Positions 14,071 to 26,870 of a stretch of DNA of 64,000 nt are shown piece by piece. The stretch comes from Camelus dromedarius. Its lineage: Eukaryota. Made by a program: the position numbers and the translations under genes. Numbering within the stretch: the first letter of the stretch is position 1; each line of letters begins with the position of its first letter. Under the pieces are notes generated by a model that saw only the letters and a list, made by a program, of their open reading frames with translations, did not search any database and had not been told where the DNA came from. Location: contig NC_087436.1 of assembly GCF_036321535.1 (NCBI RefSeq), forward strand, positions 29,638,001 through 29,702,000, in the 5' to 3' direction.

Positions 14071-14289
14071 GTTTTATTTTACCAGGGTTAATTTATAGAA
14101 GAGATTGCCTTTGATTGTTGTTTAAAATCTTTTTTTCTCCCAACACAAACACATAAGAATATGTGAGAATTGAGAACCATCTGAATTATAGAAAAGTTAA
14201 ATTGTACTTGGAGCTTCATCTGATAACTGAAAAGTGTCCTATTTTTCTTCTATTGCCTCAGATTTTATATTATAAATGTTATTACAACC

Positions 14290-14334
14290 ATAAAATAAAA
14301 TAAAATAAAATAAAATAAAATAAAATAAAATAAA
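14290..14334. repeat. (TAAAA)n pentanucleotide microsatellite
   Basis: About 9 perfect units read directly. Confidence 0.97.
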
Positions 14335-14940
14335 GGTGTGCTTTCCAAGCTGCAATTTTTTTTTTTAAATTCTTGGTTCTATAGCAGCATTACCAATGTG
14401 TCTGATGTAAAAAAGGAGGGACTAAGAGTATTTATAACAAAATATTTTAAGTAACATAACCAATAACATCTCATGTTCTGAAATGGTATTGTGGTACCAA
14501 CCATGAATTTTTTTTCACTTCTCTACACTTTGCCCACATTCACGTTGTTCTAACTTACCTTCAGCAGCTGCTAATATAATCCTAGTACATCCATCTTCTG
14601 AACATGATCAGCCTTGTGGAGCTGGGTCACAGCTAACATGACATCAGTGCTGACGGATTGACTGCATTTCACTTCCTCACTGATGTCGATCGTGTCTTGC
14701 CATATGATGTAAAGTCTGGTTCACAGATTACTGATGAGCCTGCTCAGGAAACTAGATGGATGTCTGTGGCAAGTTCAACTATCAGAGTCATAAAGAGGAG
14801 GGACAGCACCATTACTCTGAAGACCTGGAAGTTGATGACACATAGATGAAAATTATTTGTTCATGTATTTTTCTAAAGTTGGAGACCTATTTTATTTCAA
14901 AAATGGTACTTCAACAAATTGTATGAATACATCTTTTACC

Positions 14941-15009
14941 TGTGTGTGTGTGTGTGTTTGTGTGTGTATGTGTGTGTGTATGTGTGTGCACATATATATA
15001 TATATGTAT
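14941..15009. repeat. Compound (TG)n/(TA)n microsatellite
   Basis: Read directly; interrupted TG run followed by a TA run. Confidence 0.95.
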
Positions 15010-15971
15010 CTCAAAGTCTCGAAGTACCTAAGCAGCAGATCTTTGTTTTAGGTAAGATATTACTATTTTGAAGGTCAGTCCATTTGTAAGAAAGTTTCTT
15101 TTAACTTGTACATTTATAAGACATAGCTGAGCTGAATTCTTTATCACTGTGCATTCTATTAAGAATTCCACTACTGCCTATTTCCTGCTGAGTTTGAAAA
15201 GAATAGACTTTTGTTATGATAAAATGCTCTTGATTCTGTGTAGAAAAGGATGGTACAATTTTATGGCAATGCAATTTATGTTAACAACATAGGTGAGCCT
15301 ATAACTGCTCTCCCATTAACCTTGTTGTTTTTCTCAGTTCACCATTTTCTAAAAAGTCCACCTTTAAGGTTGGAATATTTCATACTTGTCTCCAAACAAA
15401 ATGTGTCTCTTTTTATAAAATTTCACTTATGTCAGTTGAGTTGTTATTCTGGTAAGAAAATGGGTAGAAAAAAGTCATTTCTGTTTTCCCCTAAAGGCAT
15501 TTTATTCATGAGCAAAGTCTAAATGGCAAAATCTTATTTCTTCTACAAGTTTGTTCATGAGGATAAATGTTACTCCACTTATAAGAAATAGCATGTGATA
15601 GTAAAAATGTTGGCTAATTTAGTCCAAGATAAAAATGTCCAATTTAAGTAAAGTACAGTTTTCTTTTTCCTAATGTAAACAATTCAAAAGGTTACTTGTA
15701 TAAATAAATTAACTATAAAAATGTAAATTAATTTTACTCTACCTATGATATTTATGTATGTAACACTAACAATAAAATAGATTTAGAAACTATTATTAAT
15801 AGATCTGGAAAAATAGGGATTTATATGTGTACATATATGTAATCATACATATAATCAATGAGGATAGAAAGAAAATCATTTAATTGCTTTTAAAGTGGTA
15901 GAATTAATTTAACGTAATATAATTAGAGAAGGCAGTTGAGAGAGTTGATTGAATGAATGGAACATATTTAG

Positions 15972-16505
15972 TGCTCAAGATAGCCTTCTCTCCTCAGATC
16001 GACTAAACTTTAGAAAACTTTTTCCTGACTAGAGGCCCCTGACCTCCCTGTTCTTAGAGCATTTGCATTAGATGACTTGCCATTTCAATTTTTCCTCTGT
16101 CCCTCTTTGAAATGTATATAAGTCTCCTTTAGCCAGGTTTAGGTTCCAAAAACGTCTTTCTTAAGGACCAGTGAGCCATCCCTTTGAAAGGTAACCACCA
16201 AGAAAGATAGAGCCCCGTACATCCCATTCACTGTGAGAGGTATAAGCTTAACTTCCCTGGTTGCCAAGTAGCAACACAGATGGCCTAACAAAGAGAGAAG
16301 CATTTGCAAACTCAGAAATAACACAAAGTGCGTGATGCATCCCATTGACCGACCTCTCCCTTCACAATATGTCCTCCAGCACTTTTCCACTAGCATATCC
16401 CAGCACTTAAAACCCTCTTGATTTTTGTTTCACTAGAGTTGGATTGCAATTGTCTTCAATATCTTCCTTGCCTATTTAACTCAGGCACAAGTGTCTTCTT
16501 TGACA
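15972..16505 (+). mobile_element. ERV1 solo LTR, MER34/MER39-like
   Basis: 'aaactttag...ttcctgactagaggcccctgacctccctgttcttagagcattt...gagccatccctttgaaaggtaaccaccaagaaagatag'. TG...CA ends; flanks ttag/ctag (4-bp TSD with 1 mismatch). Confidence 0.8.
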
Positions 16506-16619
16506 CTAGCCACATGGGAGATTCAAAGAAAAGCAATATTTTTTTTCCTGTGGTAGTGAGTGGGTGGGAGGATTATTTGATATAACAAATTTAATCTGAT
16601 GATTCAGTTACAGAGAGAC

Positions 16620-17020
16620 TGTGGTAGATTAATTGCAAAACTTCCCACAACTAGTTACTTCATGCCAATGTCCCTCCCGATGTGAATATGCAGCTTCCTC
16701 TCTGAAGAAAAGTCTAATTTCATACTCCTTGAATCTGGCTTGCCTTGTGACTTGCATTTGCCAAGGGGGTGTGGTAGGTCGCAAAAGACAAGCACATTGT
16801 CTTGGAACCACAACACTACCATGGGAAGTAGCCTAAATTAGCCTGGTGAAAGATGTAGCACCATTTGAAAAAAAGCTCATTTTCCCCACTCTTGGCTTCC
16901 TGTATAGTCTAGAGCAGCCATTTCCCAAATTAGTGAGAAAAACCAGCCATGAGAAACAGCAAGCTCCCTGACCCACAACTGGCCTTGAATGCCTGGGTAA
17001 AACCATATGAATCCAGAAGA
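16620..17020 (+). mobile_element. MaLR LTR, MLT1F/G-like, 3'-incomplete
   Basis: Starts tgtggtagatt; contains 'ctccttgaatctggcttgccttgtgacttgcatttgcca'. Confidence 0.65.
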
Positions 17021-17266
17021 TGATTTTAAAATCAACACCCAAGTATTTTTTTAACTTGAAATATTGGTCTTGGCATTTTGTGAAAATAAGCATACAACTG
17101 AGTTGGAAATATTTGATATGTAACATTCAGTGATCTGGCATATGCATGCTTTTATCTTTACTGGTTCAATTTCATTAAGTGTTTTTTTTTATTTAAATAT
17201 GCTTATGAGGTAGGAGGATGAAGGGAGCATTGAGTTATCTTTGTCAGATTATTATCAAGAAGCTTT

Positions 17267-17807
17267 CTGTATTCTCTTGGTAAGGCTGTGATAGAAAAGA
17301 ACAAATCTGACTCCATATTTGATCCGTTCCTTTAGTTCTAACCCTGTGCTCTGTTTCCCATGTTTAGTCCTGCTGGTTCTGCAACTTTCATAAAAGAATG
17401 TTGCCTATAGTCTGAAAAATACAGGATAGCCCATTCTCAAGGCTCTGACCTTTAAGGGTATAACGCTTTCCCATCCATAGAAAGATAAAAAGTTGCAGAA
17501 TAGAAAATAACATTTGTCTTGTTGTAGGTTTAGAGGAACATCATGTCCTGACCTGCATGGACAGTTGCAAGAACAAAGGATTCCAACACCAAGAAGTTTG
17601 CAACAACCAACCATACTCCCTTCCCTTTTTAGTACAAAAGGAGGCTAAATTCTGACTTGGAAGAAGATGGCTCTCCAGGACATTAGTCTGCCATCTTCTC
17701 AGTCAGCCAGCTTTCCAAATACAGTCGCTATTCCTTGCCCCAGCACCTCATCTCCCAATTCACTGGCCTGTTTTGTGGCCAGCAGAACAAGTCTGGACTT
17801 GGTAACA
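17267..17807 (+). mobile_element. ERV1-class solo LTR (MER41/LTR39-like lineage), complete
   Basis: TG...CA termini with perfect 4-bp TSD aggc/aggc. Typical U5 tail 'tagtctgccatcttctc...ccttgccccagcacctc...gcagaacaagtctggacttggtaaca'. Confidence 0.88.
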
Positions 17808-17857
17808 AGGCAACCTTTCAATTTTCTTAAAGAAGAGAATAGAGAGAAAAAATTGAG

Positions 17858-17890
17858 AAAGAGAGAGAGAGAGTGTGTGTGTGTATGTGT
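17858..17890. repeat. (GA)n(GT)n compound microsatellite
   Basis: Read directly. Confidence 0.9.
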
Positions 17891-18049
17891 CTGCATATGC
17901 CCATGTGTTTGTAAAATAAACTGTAGGTCAATTGTGTAGAAGACTTGTAATTATATTTGCACAAGTGTGTCTTTCTTACGTACCCAGCCTCCTTATTTTA
18001 GTATAGTTGGATGCTATGTAAAGGGGAAAAAAAAAGATGCCTATTTCCC

Positions 18050-18585
18050 ACTCATTGATTCTAGAAATGTTTATTTAGGGCCTAATATAATGCCATGTAC
18101 AGAGTTATTTACTAAAGATACAGCGTGAAGAAGATATATATGGGTGTTGACAGTTTTATGTGTGAGAATGACAACATGCAAACATGTGTACTTGCAGGAT
18201 TTAATTGTCATTAATATTATGTACAAGATGCTGTAAAATTACATGACTCTGCAGGTCAGGTGGTCAAAGAAATGGGTAGAATATGTGGCAGGATGTCTCA
18301 GCAGTATGTCTTTAGATATATATTTATGTTTACATAATATTAATAAACATCTGAACAATGATATAATTACGATTATGAGAGTGCCAAGAGAGTGTTCCAC
18401 GAAAAGACAACAGCATGCTTACAGATTCTGAGTGGGAAGGGCTATTTAATGAATTCAAAAGAAAGATATTATAGCTAGAGAAAGGAGACACATATCACAG
18501 AATTATGCTGGAGAGGTAGGCAAGTAACAGATCATGTTGAACTATATGTGCAATTTAAAGGACTAAGGGTTTTATACTCAAGTTG
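18050..18585 (-). mobile_element. LINE-2 fragments (degraded)
   Basis: L2 3'-end-like 'aaatgtttatttagggcctaatataatgcca...aagatacagcgtgaagaaga' and 'gctggagaggtaggcaag..cagatcatg'. Confidence 0.5.
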
Positions 18586-19104
18586 GCTGTTTTTCACACT
18601 GGGGAAATTACACGACTTTAAGACTTGTCAGTCCTGTGACATAAAGATTTTAAGGTTTAACTCTTACATTTAAAAAGCTCATAATCTCATATGGGAAGTA
18701 ATGAACATATTTCTATTATATTTATCATTGGTGTTTAATAATGCATATATTTATGTGCATACACAGGTAATATTTTTTCTAAAGGGAGTTGACAGGAAAC
18801 AAGTTCATTTTAGAAAATTTACCTTTCATATAGAAAAGAATAATAGTCCTGCTGGCTATAGATCTGGATGCAGGATCAGATTATTACTTGCCTCAGAATA
18901 AAGATAGGTTACTTATCACCACTAGAGGCAAATGCTGATATCATAGGGACAGCAGTGCACCTGGGATATTTCAAGTTGACTTGGTAGAGACTGGTGATGA
19001 ATTTGCAATTTTAGCACACTATCAAAATATAACCACTCCATAAAATAATTTAACAAGCAAGTTGGCACAGTTAGTTAGGCAGGTCTGTTTGTGAATTTTC
19101 CAGT

Positions 19105-19515
19105 GTAATTCAGACAATGTTATGAACTCACCAGACCCAATTATTTTGTTTATGGACACAGAGATATACTACATTTCCCAACTTTACTAAAAGATAAGGC
19201 CATCAGACTGTTCTGGCTAAAGGAATATTGGGTACAAGTGATGGTCTCAGACTAGATGTCTAAGATCTCTTGTGAAATCCTTGTTCTTGCTTTATTCTGG
19301 CTGAATGCAGTGTTTCCAATGGAGAACCATGGAGCCCTAGTGAATGGGCGGGCCTGCGTAAGAAGCCTAAATCTTTGAATCATCAAATGGAGGGCTGTCC
19401 ACCTAACATGCTTGGATTGTAATATGAGAGAGAAATGTATCATTTATTGTGACAAAGCCCACATATACTGGGGTTTATTTGCTACCACAGCATTGCCTAG
19501 CTTAACCTAACTTTT
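19105..19515 (+). mobile_element. MaLR LTR, MLT1J-like
   Basis: 'actacatttccca', 'gttctggctaaaggaat', tail 'ggggtttatttgctaccacagcattgcctagcttaacctaact'. Confidence 0.65.
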
Positions 19516-22064
19516 CTAGGTTGGGCAAAGAGAATGAAGATTCAAATATTTTAATGCTTAGAAAACCTATATGTTACATAGCTGATGATCATCTGTATCT
19601 ATATACTATTTCTTAAATTTTTCATAAGAAATTTACATTCAGGCATGATCTTAGATTCAAAAATGTGGGTATACTGGGAGGAATGGGCAAATTAACTAGA
19701 ACTAATTGGACCTGCAAAATAATCAGTTCTTAACTGTGCATATTTATGATTATCTTTTAGTTTGCGTAGCATGCTATTTTATAGAACTATTGTTAAAATT
19801 AAAATATATTGTATTTTGTCTGCAATAAGTATAAATATGGAAATTAGGATTTTGCCAAGTATTTCACCAGCCTACAAAATTGTCTTCCTTAAACAAGTTT
19901 TCCTTAAGAGTAGTATTGTAAAATATTAATTAGTTAATTAGGCATTCTAGATCACTAAGTAACATAATATTCCACTGAATTTTTCTGGTTTAATTAATTT
20001 CATATTTGGAAAAAAATGTTTTGATTTAATATAAAATTTAGAATCATTCTACCTACAAATTAATGTTCAAATAGAACAGGAAGACGGTATTCAAACAGAA
20101 GAAAAAGGGTAATAAAAATACAATTGAGTTGGAAATATTTTATGTGTAACATTCAGTGTATTAAAAAGGATTTATTGCAGTTGTTAATTACAACTAGAAA
20201 GGTATATTGTTTTTGCACCTGGTACATGGAGTGTATAACAGCTGTCCGTCCCTATAGTGTTCTTGTGTTATAATTGGTGTCATCCTGGCTGCTTTCAAAT
20301 ATAAAGCATTTGTTTTGAATTTAATAACTATTTTAAATGTAGTAACTATCCCTAACATGAAATAATCACCTATTACTATTAAGAAAATGTTTTATTTATT
20401 ATTTATTGTTATTATTTATTATTACAACTTTTAATGAAAATGTTTAACATATATGTATGTATGTGTGTTTGTTTCCGTGTGTGTCTGTAGTATTTAATAC
20501 ATGCATTTGAAACATGGTGAAGTTATTACGAGGTCTGAGAAATAATAAAATTTTCTCTATTCATGCATTCATGGTGTGGTCCAGATTCAGAGGATGCTGT
20601 ACATATTCAGTAAAGAGAAATCATGATTTAATTTTATGGACTTTTGCTGTGTAGAAAAGTAAATTATTACAATATAAATAACATCAATAAAAATGCAATA
20701 ATTAAATCTGACTTTGTTTCTACAATGGCTTTAGATTGACAATAAACACAAATATCTGATTTATAATATAAATAATTATAATCAGAGTCAACTAAACATC
20801 AAATGGTTTACATACAGTGAAATAAAGTATGTATTATGCAGACTAATAAGTATTTAGAGAAACTGTCAGAAGCAGAAAGTCACATTAATCTCTCTTATTA
20901 TTTATAGAAATGTTGGCCAATATTGTTATTTAAATGTTTCTTGGGTACAGAACTTGCCTTCTCATCAAGCCAGTAAACCCCACCACCATCAGTATGAGTA
21001 ACTACATTTCTTTTAACACGAGCATATTTGTCCGGGTATCTTTTTGCAAAGAAATATACAGAGATTCAGCTCTAAAAACTGGCTTAATAAATCAGAATAT
21101 TTGGCATAAAGTAGTATCAATTGACACATATTTGTATTTTCACCTTTAAGGAAAACTGAAAGTATCAACATTTATCTTATGTTAGTTTCAACAACTTTAA
21201 GAAAGACAAAGCACTATTAATAATAACAAAGCCCCTTAGGGGATATATAATAAAACATGGTGTTACACATTATACTATATCCAGTAACAATTGTTATGTT
21301 ACAGATTTTCTTAATAAGTGATATGCAGCATTGTCCCCTACTTTCCTATGACTTCACCATTTGTTATACGAAATAATCCAAACTGAAAAACAAAAATCTG
21401 TATTGGTTTTTAAAAGTGTTTTTTCCCTATTACTTTAACTAAGGCAACTCTTTATAATATAATAATATCACTCTCATAATCCATGCTGTTTCTTTCTTTT
21501 CTTTTTAATTTATGTTTCTGAAGTTGGGGAGGAAAGTAGGAAGTCATTCATGTTGTTCTTTTTCTTTCTTTTTTTTTAAATGAATCTGACTTTTTTAAGA
21601 GAAGGTAATAAAATCTCCAGAGTGCCCATTTTGCAGTGCTTTCTTTCATTTTGCTCATCAATTTAAAAACCACAGTGTACTATAGATTGTAATAGTTTTT
21701 ACTAATAAACATACACAGGATAGTGACTGACTTAAATTTTACACAGGCGGAAGAGGCAACTAGACCAAAATTTTGTAAACTCAAAACTCCTGATTTAGAA
21801 TGTGATCGTCTGCTGAGTTTCTATGCAGTCAATATCCTAACTGTTGAATGCAAATGAAGGCAGTATAAGGTCCATATACATAAACAATACTTTATCATAA
21901 TTCTTGTTTTCCAAAGGTAATCTTTAAGAAATTCCTCGCATCCTAGAACACATGTATTTCATTGCATGTAAAAGAATTAAAACTCTAAATTGTGATTATT
22001 TTAATATAAATTATATGATTATTACTTGTAGATGACTATGATTACACAATGATAAATTTTTTTT

Positions 22065-22800
22065 TTTATGGTCTCACAGGTCCATTGAGCTCTGCTACTT
22101 ATTTTTTTTTCTTTTTCATTCTATTTCTCCTCTTGTTTAGCTTGGACAATTTCCTCTTTCCTATACCTAAGTTCACTGGTTTATTATTCTGTCCCCTCCG
22201 TCTGATACTGAGCCTATCCACTGAATTTCTATGTTTTCCTATAGTATTTTTCAGTTTTTAAATTTCCATTTGGTTCTTCAGTATTGTATCTTTTATTTTT
22301 CTGAGACTTTCGATTTCTTTGCTAAGATTTAAATTTCTTTCATTTGTGTCTGTAATTGCTCATGAGAGCATTTTTATGAGAGCTGGTTTACAGTCTTCAT
22401 CAGGTAATTCTAGCCTCTTTCTTCTCAGTGTTTGCGTCCAGTGCTTTCCTTTTTTTCATTCAGTTTGAGGTCTTCCTGATTCTTGCTGTAACAACTGATT
22501 GAAGATTCAGACCTGGACATTGTGAGTATCATTTCATGAGTGTTTGGCTCTTACTTGCAACTTCTATTTTAGCTTACTTGCTTTGACACAATTGAAGCAG
22601 GAGGAATGTTGCCATCCCATTTCAGCTCACTTCGGCCAAATGCCCATGTACCCCTATTAGTCTACTTTTTCTCGCTGACTTTTAGAAAAATCCTTTTAGT
22701 CATTATAATTTTAAAAAATAAATGTAATCTCTAGAATTTTTAGTTGTACTTGGTGGGAAGAATACGGAATAGTACATCTACTCCATCTTGCCAAAGTTTG
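22065..22800 (-). mobile_element. Old LINE-1 fragment (ORF1/5' region)
   Basis: T-rich antisense L1M text 'aagttcactggttttattctgtcccctcc.tctgatactgagcctatccactgaattt...aaatttccatttggttcttc'. Confidence 0.7.
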
Positions 22801-23379
22801 AAGTCTTCCTTGTTTCTTTTCCAAAACACAAGCAGCAGAAGAATTTTCAGGACCAGAGATCAGACATTGGGACAGTAATCCTGTCACTTGGGCTGTCAGA
22901 TATAAAGAAAAAGCATTGTCCCGTCTCCTGGCAGGATCAGGGTCTGATGTTGAACCTGTGTTACAACATGGCAAAATGGCTTCCTTCGCTGTTCTGCAAT
23001 CTCAGCATTCTTGTTGGGGTAACACGATCATCATCCCTGGCATAATTAGGATTGATTGCCTTAAGCACCAGGCAGTGTTCCATTTCCTTGATGCAGTTTT
23101 GTTTCCCCAGTGGTCCTGCTCTGCAGAAAGACTAACGCTTTGGCTGGGAGGTCTCAGACAACCTCACATTCTCTAATTTCTCCTTGTTATATAGATAAAT
23201 ATTCTTCCACGTCTTAGCTTATTTGTTTTCAAATGCAGCTCATGACTGTTGTGGACAGAGTGAAGTTAAAAAAAAAAAAAAAGAGCCTACAGATGAGACT
23301 ACAAATCAATGAATTAGTTCCAAATCACTTAGTGACGGTTTAATAAAAATAAATACAAACAATTAGTCTCAACTTGGGG

Positions 23380-23592
23380 CTTTTTCCTGACTAATCTTTG
23401 GTCTATTTTCTCCACTGGCCTTTTAAGACTTTAACGGACCTGAATTACGGTCTCATGATTCTCCATGTTTAGTTCCTCCTTCCCCGCCTCTCATCCCTGC
23501 CTTTTTACTTTTATGAGCATTACCCTGCAAAAAGCTTTCTGCACTGCTAAATTTGTGTTAGTAACTGTTTCCTGAAGAACCCAACTATACAT
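23380..23592 (+). mobile_element. Probable ERVL (LTR16/LTR33-type) LTR 3' fragment
   Basis: Tail 'tgtttcctgaagaacccaactataca' resembles ERVL LTR ends. Confidence 0.35.
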
Positions 23593-24957
23593 GGTTTTTG
23601 TACTAAGAATATAAAAATATACGTATATATATAATATGATGGAAAGGCGCTAATCAAGGAGAATTATGCATTCTATAGAAATGAAATAAACCATCCAGGA
23701 GATATTAAGATACCCCCTTTTATGTACCTATGACTTTATGAAAGCTGATATTAACAAGTTCAATGTCAAAATAGTATTTATTCATTTTTTAGAAATATTT
23801 TTAAGTTGGTCTATCTAGCCATATATTTGACTTCAATAACAGTATGTTTAATTTTAAAACAAATACAGATATTTTACATAGTAAATAATAATAAATGATA
23901 AACAGTTATATCTTTAGTTCTATAATATTTCTGAAATCTGACAATAGTTTAAGGCAGAAAACATTAAATTATTGTTAAGCTTTTGTAATTAAAATTATTA
24001 TTTTATGCCTCATCATTTGGAATGAAATCATTTCACCCATTTAAACAAAAGGATGACAAATATGCACAATATAACCATCTTTAAATACTTTAACTTCTAC
24101 AAAATAAATTAAGCAATTTATACAATGTAAGAAGGTAACTCAGATGGATTTGGTGAAGCTTCATCCTCTGTTAATAAGGCTAAATTCCTTCAACAGTTAA
24201 AGAACTTATTTTAATGAAAAATACTTCCTCTTGATGTAACAAATTCTGCCACTTAAGTTGGTTACTGACAATGAGCAAAATTTTTGAGGAGATGCATATA
24301 TAATGTACATAAATTAAGTGATTACAGAAATAACTGGTAGCTGTCAGCCTGAAGATACAACTCAGGCAAAGAAACTAGCTAGGAATCATATATTTTCCAC
24401 ACACACAAAAAAATACATGATTAAAAACTTAACAGTTTCAAACATATTTTAGTTAAGCCCAAATTTGGTAGCTTCCTATGTTGAGGAAAAATGAGAAGAG
24501 AACATGAGAGGAATTTCCGTTCATGATAATAATGAAAACAGGAATTTGTGTAAGAGAAAGAATGCTGCAAATATTCAAACCAATAATGAAAATTTAAAAT
24601 TATTTAATGGAGAACAAATCTTGAGTTAAAAATCAATTTAAATTCACTGAAAAGAACTTAAATAGGTTGGAAAGTCACAATGAAAACATCTCAATTTCTT
24701 ATTTCTTCAAGGACTAGTTGACATGATCTAATAAAGAACAACATATAAATTACATGAAATTTTCACAAACAAGGAAATAATACTTCATATTTCCACTCAT
24801 ACCTGCCCAGTGGTATGCCAGGTAAAATATAAAGTTTAGTCAATTTATTCATATAATATAGCCAAACCTGGCCTTGACACTGAGGATCATGTGAGACAAG
24901 GTTTCCTTTAAAACTAATATCTTACATTTTTAATAATATATTTCATTTAAGAAAATC

Positions 24958-25374
24958 CTTTCTCTTTCTGGCTTACTTCACTTAGAATGACATTCTCCAG
25001 GAGCATAAGCCAGAAAGAGAAAGAAAAATACCATATGAGATCGCTCATATGTGGAATCTAAAAAACAAACAAACAAACAAAGCATAAATACAAAACAGAA
25101 ATAGACTCACAGACATAGAATATAAACTTATGGTTGCCGAGGGGGCAGGGGGTGGGAAGAGATAGACTGGGATTTCAAAATTGTAGAACAGATAAACAAG
25201 ATTATACTGTATAGCACAGGAAAATATATACAAGATCTTATGGTAGCTCACAGAGAAAAAAATGTGACAATGCATATATATAAGTTCATGTATAACTGAA
25301 AAATTGTGCTCTACACTGGAATTTGACACAACATTGTAAAATGATTACAAATCAATAAAAAATGTTAAAAAAAA
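24958..25374 (+). mobile_element. Young camelid-type L1 3' end with short 5' inversion (24958-25004 antisense; 25006-25374 sense + A-tail)
   Basis: Sense part 'taagccagaaagagaaagaaaaataccatatgagatcgctcatatgtggaatct...caataaaaaatgttaaaaaaaa'. The antisense part reads ctggagaatgtcattctaagtgaagtaagccagaaagagaaag on the minus strand. Flanks aagaaaatc / aaaaaaatc are a probable TSD. Confidence 0.92.
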
Positions 25375-26052
25375 TCTTGAGTAGCTCAACAAAAATTCCT
25401 GAAGCTGTGATAAAGATGCATTTCAATCAAACCTATTCTCAGTTGAGGATCTTCTGAATTTTTTAAGTTGCTGGGAGTGGCGGTAAACTCAATCATCCTT
25501 CCCAGGATGCAGTATTATTTTATTTACTATCTTAGCCAGGGTGGGACACTTTCAGGGTCTTTTCTTTGGTCTTCTCATTATAAAACTGTTTATCCCACAA
25601 CCTAAGGATGAAATGTAGCTTCTGATATCTACTAAGTATGCTGTAAATATTTTATATTTTGGTACTTATGTATAATGATCACTGGATGCAGTGGAAAATC
25701 TGTGAGCCACACTTAAGTTATAAATTCAGAAATCCTTTTTTTTTTTTTACCTTGTTTATGTATACTGCTAAAATCAGAGCCATCAGGATGCTTCAGGCCC
25801 CAGGTAACAATGTGAATTCAGACTTCATACTGAGAGGTTTGCAACATGTTCAGATAGTTAATTTCTTCACTTTAACTAAGTAAATGGTGTTCATCCCTAA
25901 AGGAAAGGAGATGGTGAATCATTATTGCCTATATTTGCCATTGAAGTTCAGCATTTTTACTTATGGGACCCATCTTCTCCCTGTGATAATGAATTCCATA
26001 CCAGAAAACTGGCTCATATACTATAACAAATGAAGACTGTCTTTGATTTACT

Positions 26053-26870
26053 TATCAGTAGACTGGACACAGCTGAGGAAAGGATCTTCTGAGCTCGAGG
26101 ATATCTCAACGGAAACCACCAAAGCAGAAAAGTGAACATAACAAAGAATGAAAAAAACAAAACGGCTTATCCAAGGACTGTGTGACAACTATCAAAGACG
26201 TAACATACCCATATAATACTATTTACATTAGCACTCAAGGAAGCACTTACGGGTAGATGCAACAAGATAGGTATAAGATCTTTATGAAGGAAACTACAAA
26301 AACTCTGATAAATGAAAATAAGGAACAACCAAATAAGTGGAGACGTAGTCCATGTTCACAGGCAGGAAGACTCAATATTGTCAGGATGTCAGTTTTCCCA
26401 ACTTGTTCTATAGACTCAATGCAACCCTAAACCAAAACCCAGCAAATTATTTGGTGGATATCAACAAACTGCTTATTGAGTCTACCTGGAGAGGGAAAAG
26501 ATTCATAATATCCAATATGATACTGAAAGAGAACAAAGCCAAAGGACAGATACCACCTGACTCTAAGACTTAAAATAAAGCTACTGTAATCAACAGAGTA
26601 TAGTATTCATGAAAGAATAGACGCATAGATTAATAGAACAGAACAAAGATCCTGGAAATAAACCCATGCATACATGGCCAATTATGACAAAGTAGTCAAG
26701 AACATACAGTGGGGAAAGTAAAGTCTCTTCAATACATCATATTGGAAAAACTGGGCTGTCACACACAAAAGAATGAAACTGGACCACTATCTTAACACCA
26801 TACACAAAAACCAACCCAAAATGTATTAAAGACTCGAACATGAGACTTAAAAAACAGTAAAATTCCTAGC
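26053..26870 (+). mobile_element. Old LINE-1 fragments: ORF1 piece (26053-26210) joined to ORF2 piece (26215-26870)
   Basis: 'agtagactggacacagctgaggaaagga' (ORF1 coiled-coil region) then 'ggaagactcaatattgtcaggatgtcag...aagaatgaaactggaccactatct' (ORF2 downstream of RT). ORF 26352-26573 is degenerate ORF2. Confidence 0.85.

Noticed and set aside
20755..20785. Imperfect inverted repeat tctgatttataat...attataatcaga
   Set aside because: Short and very AT-rich; too small for a pre-miRNA or MITE call.
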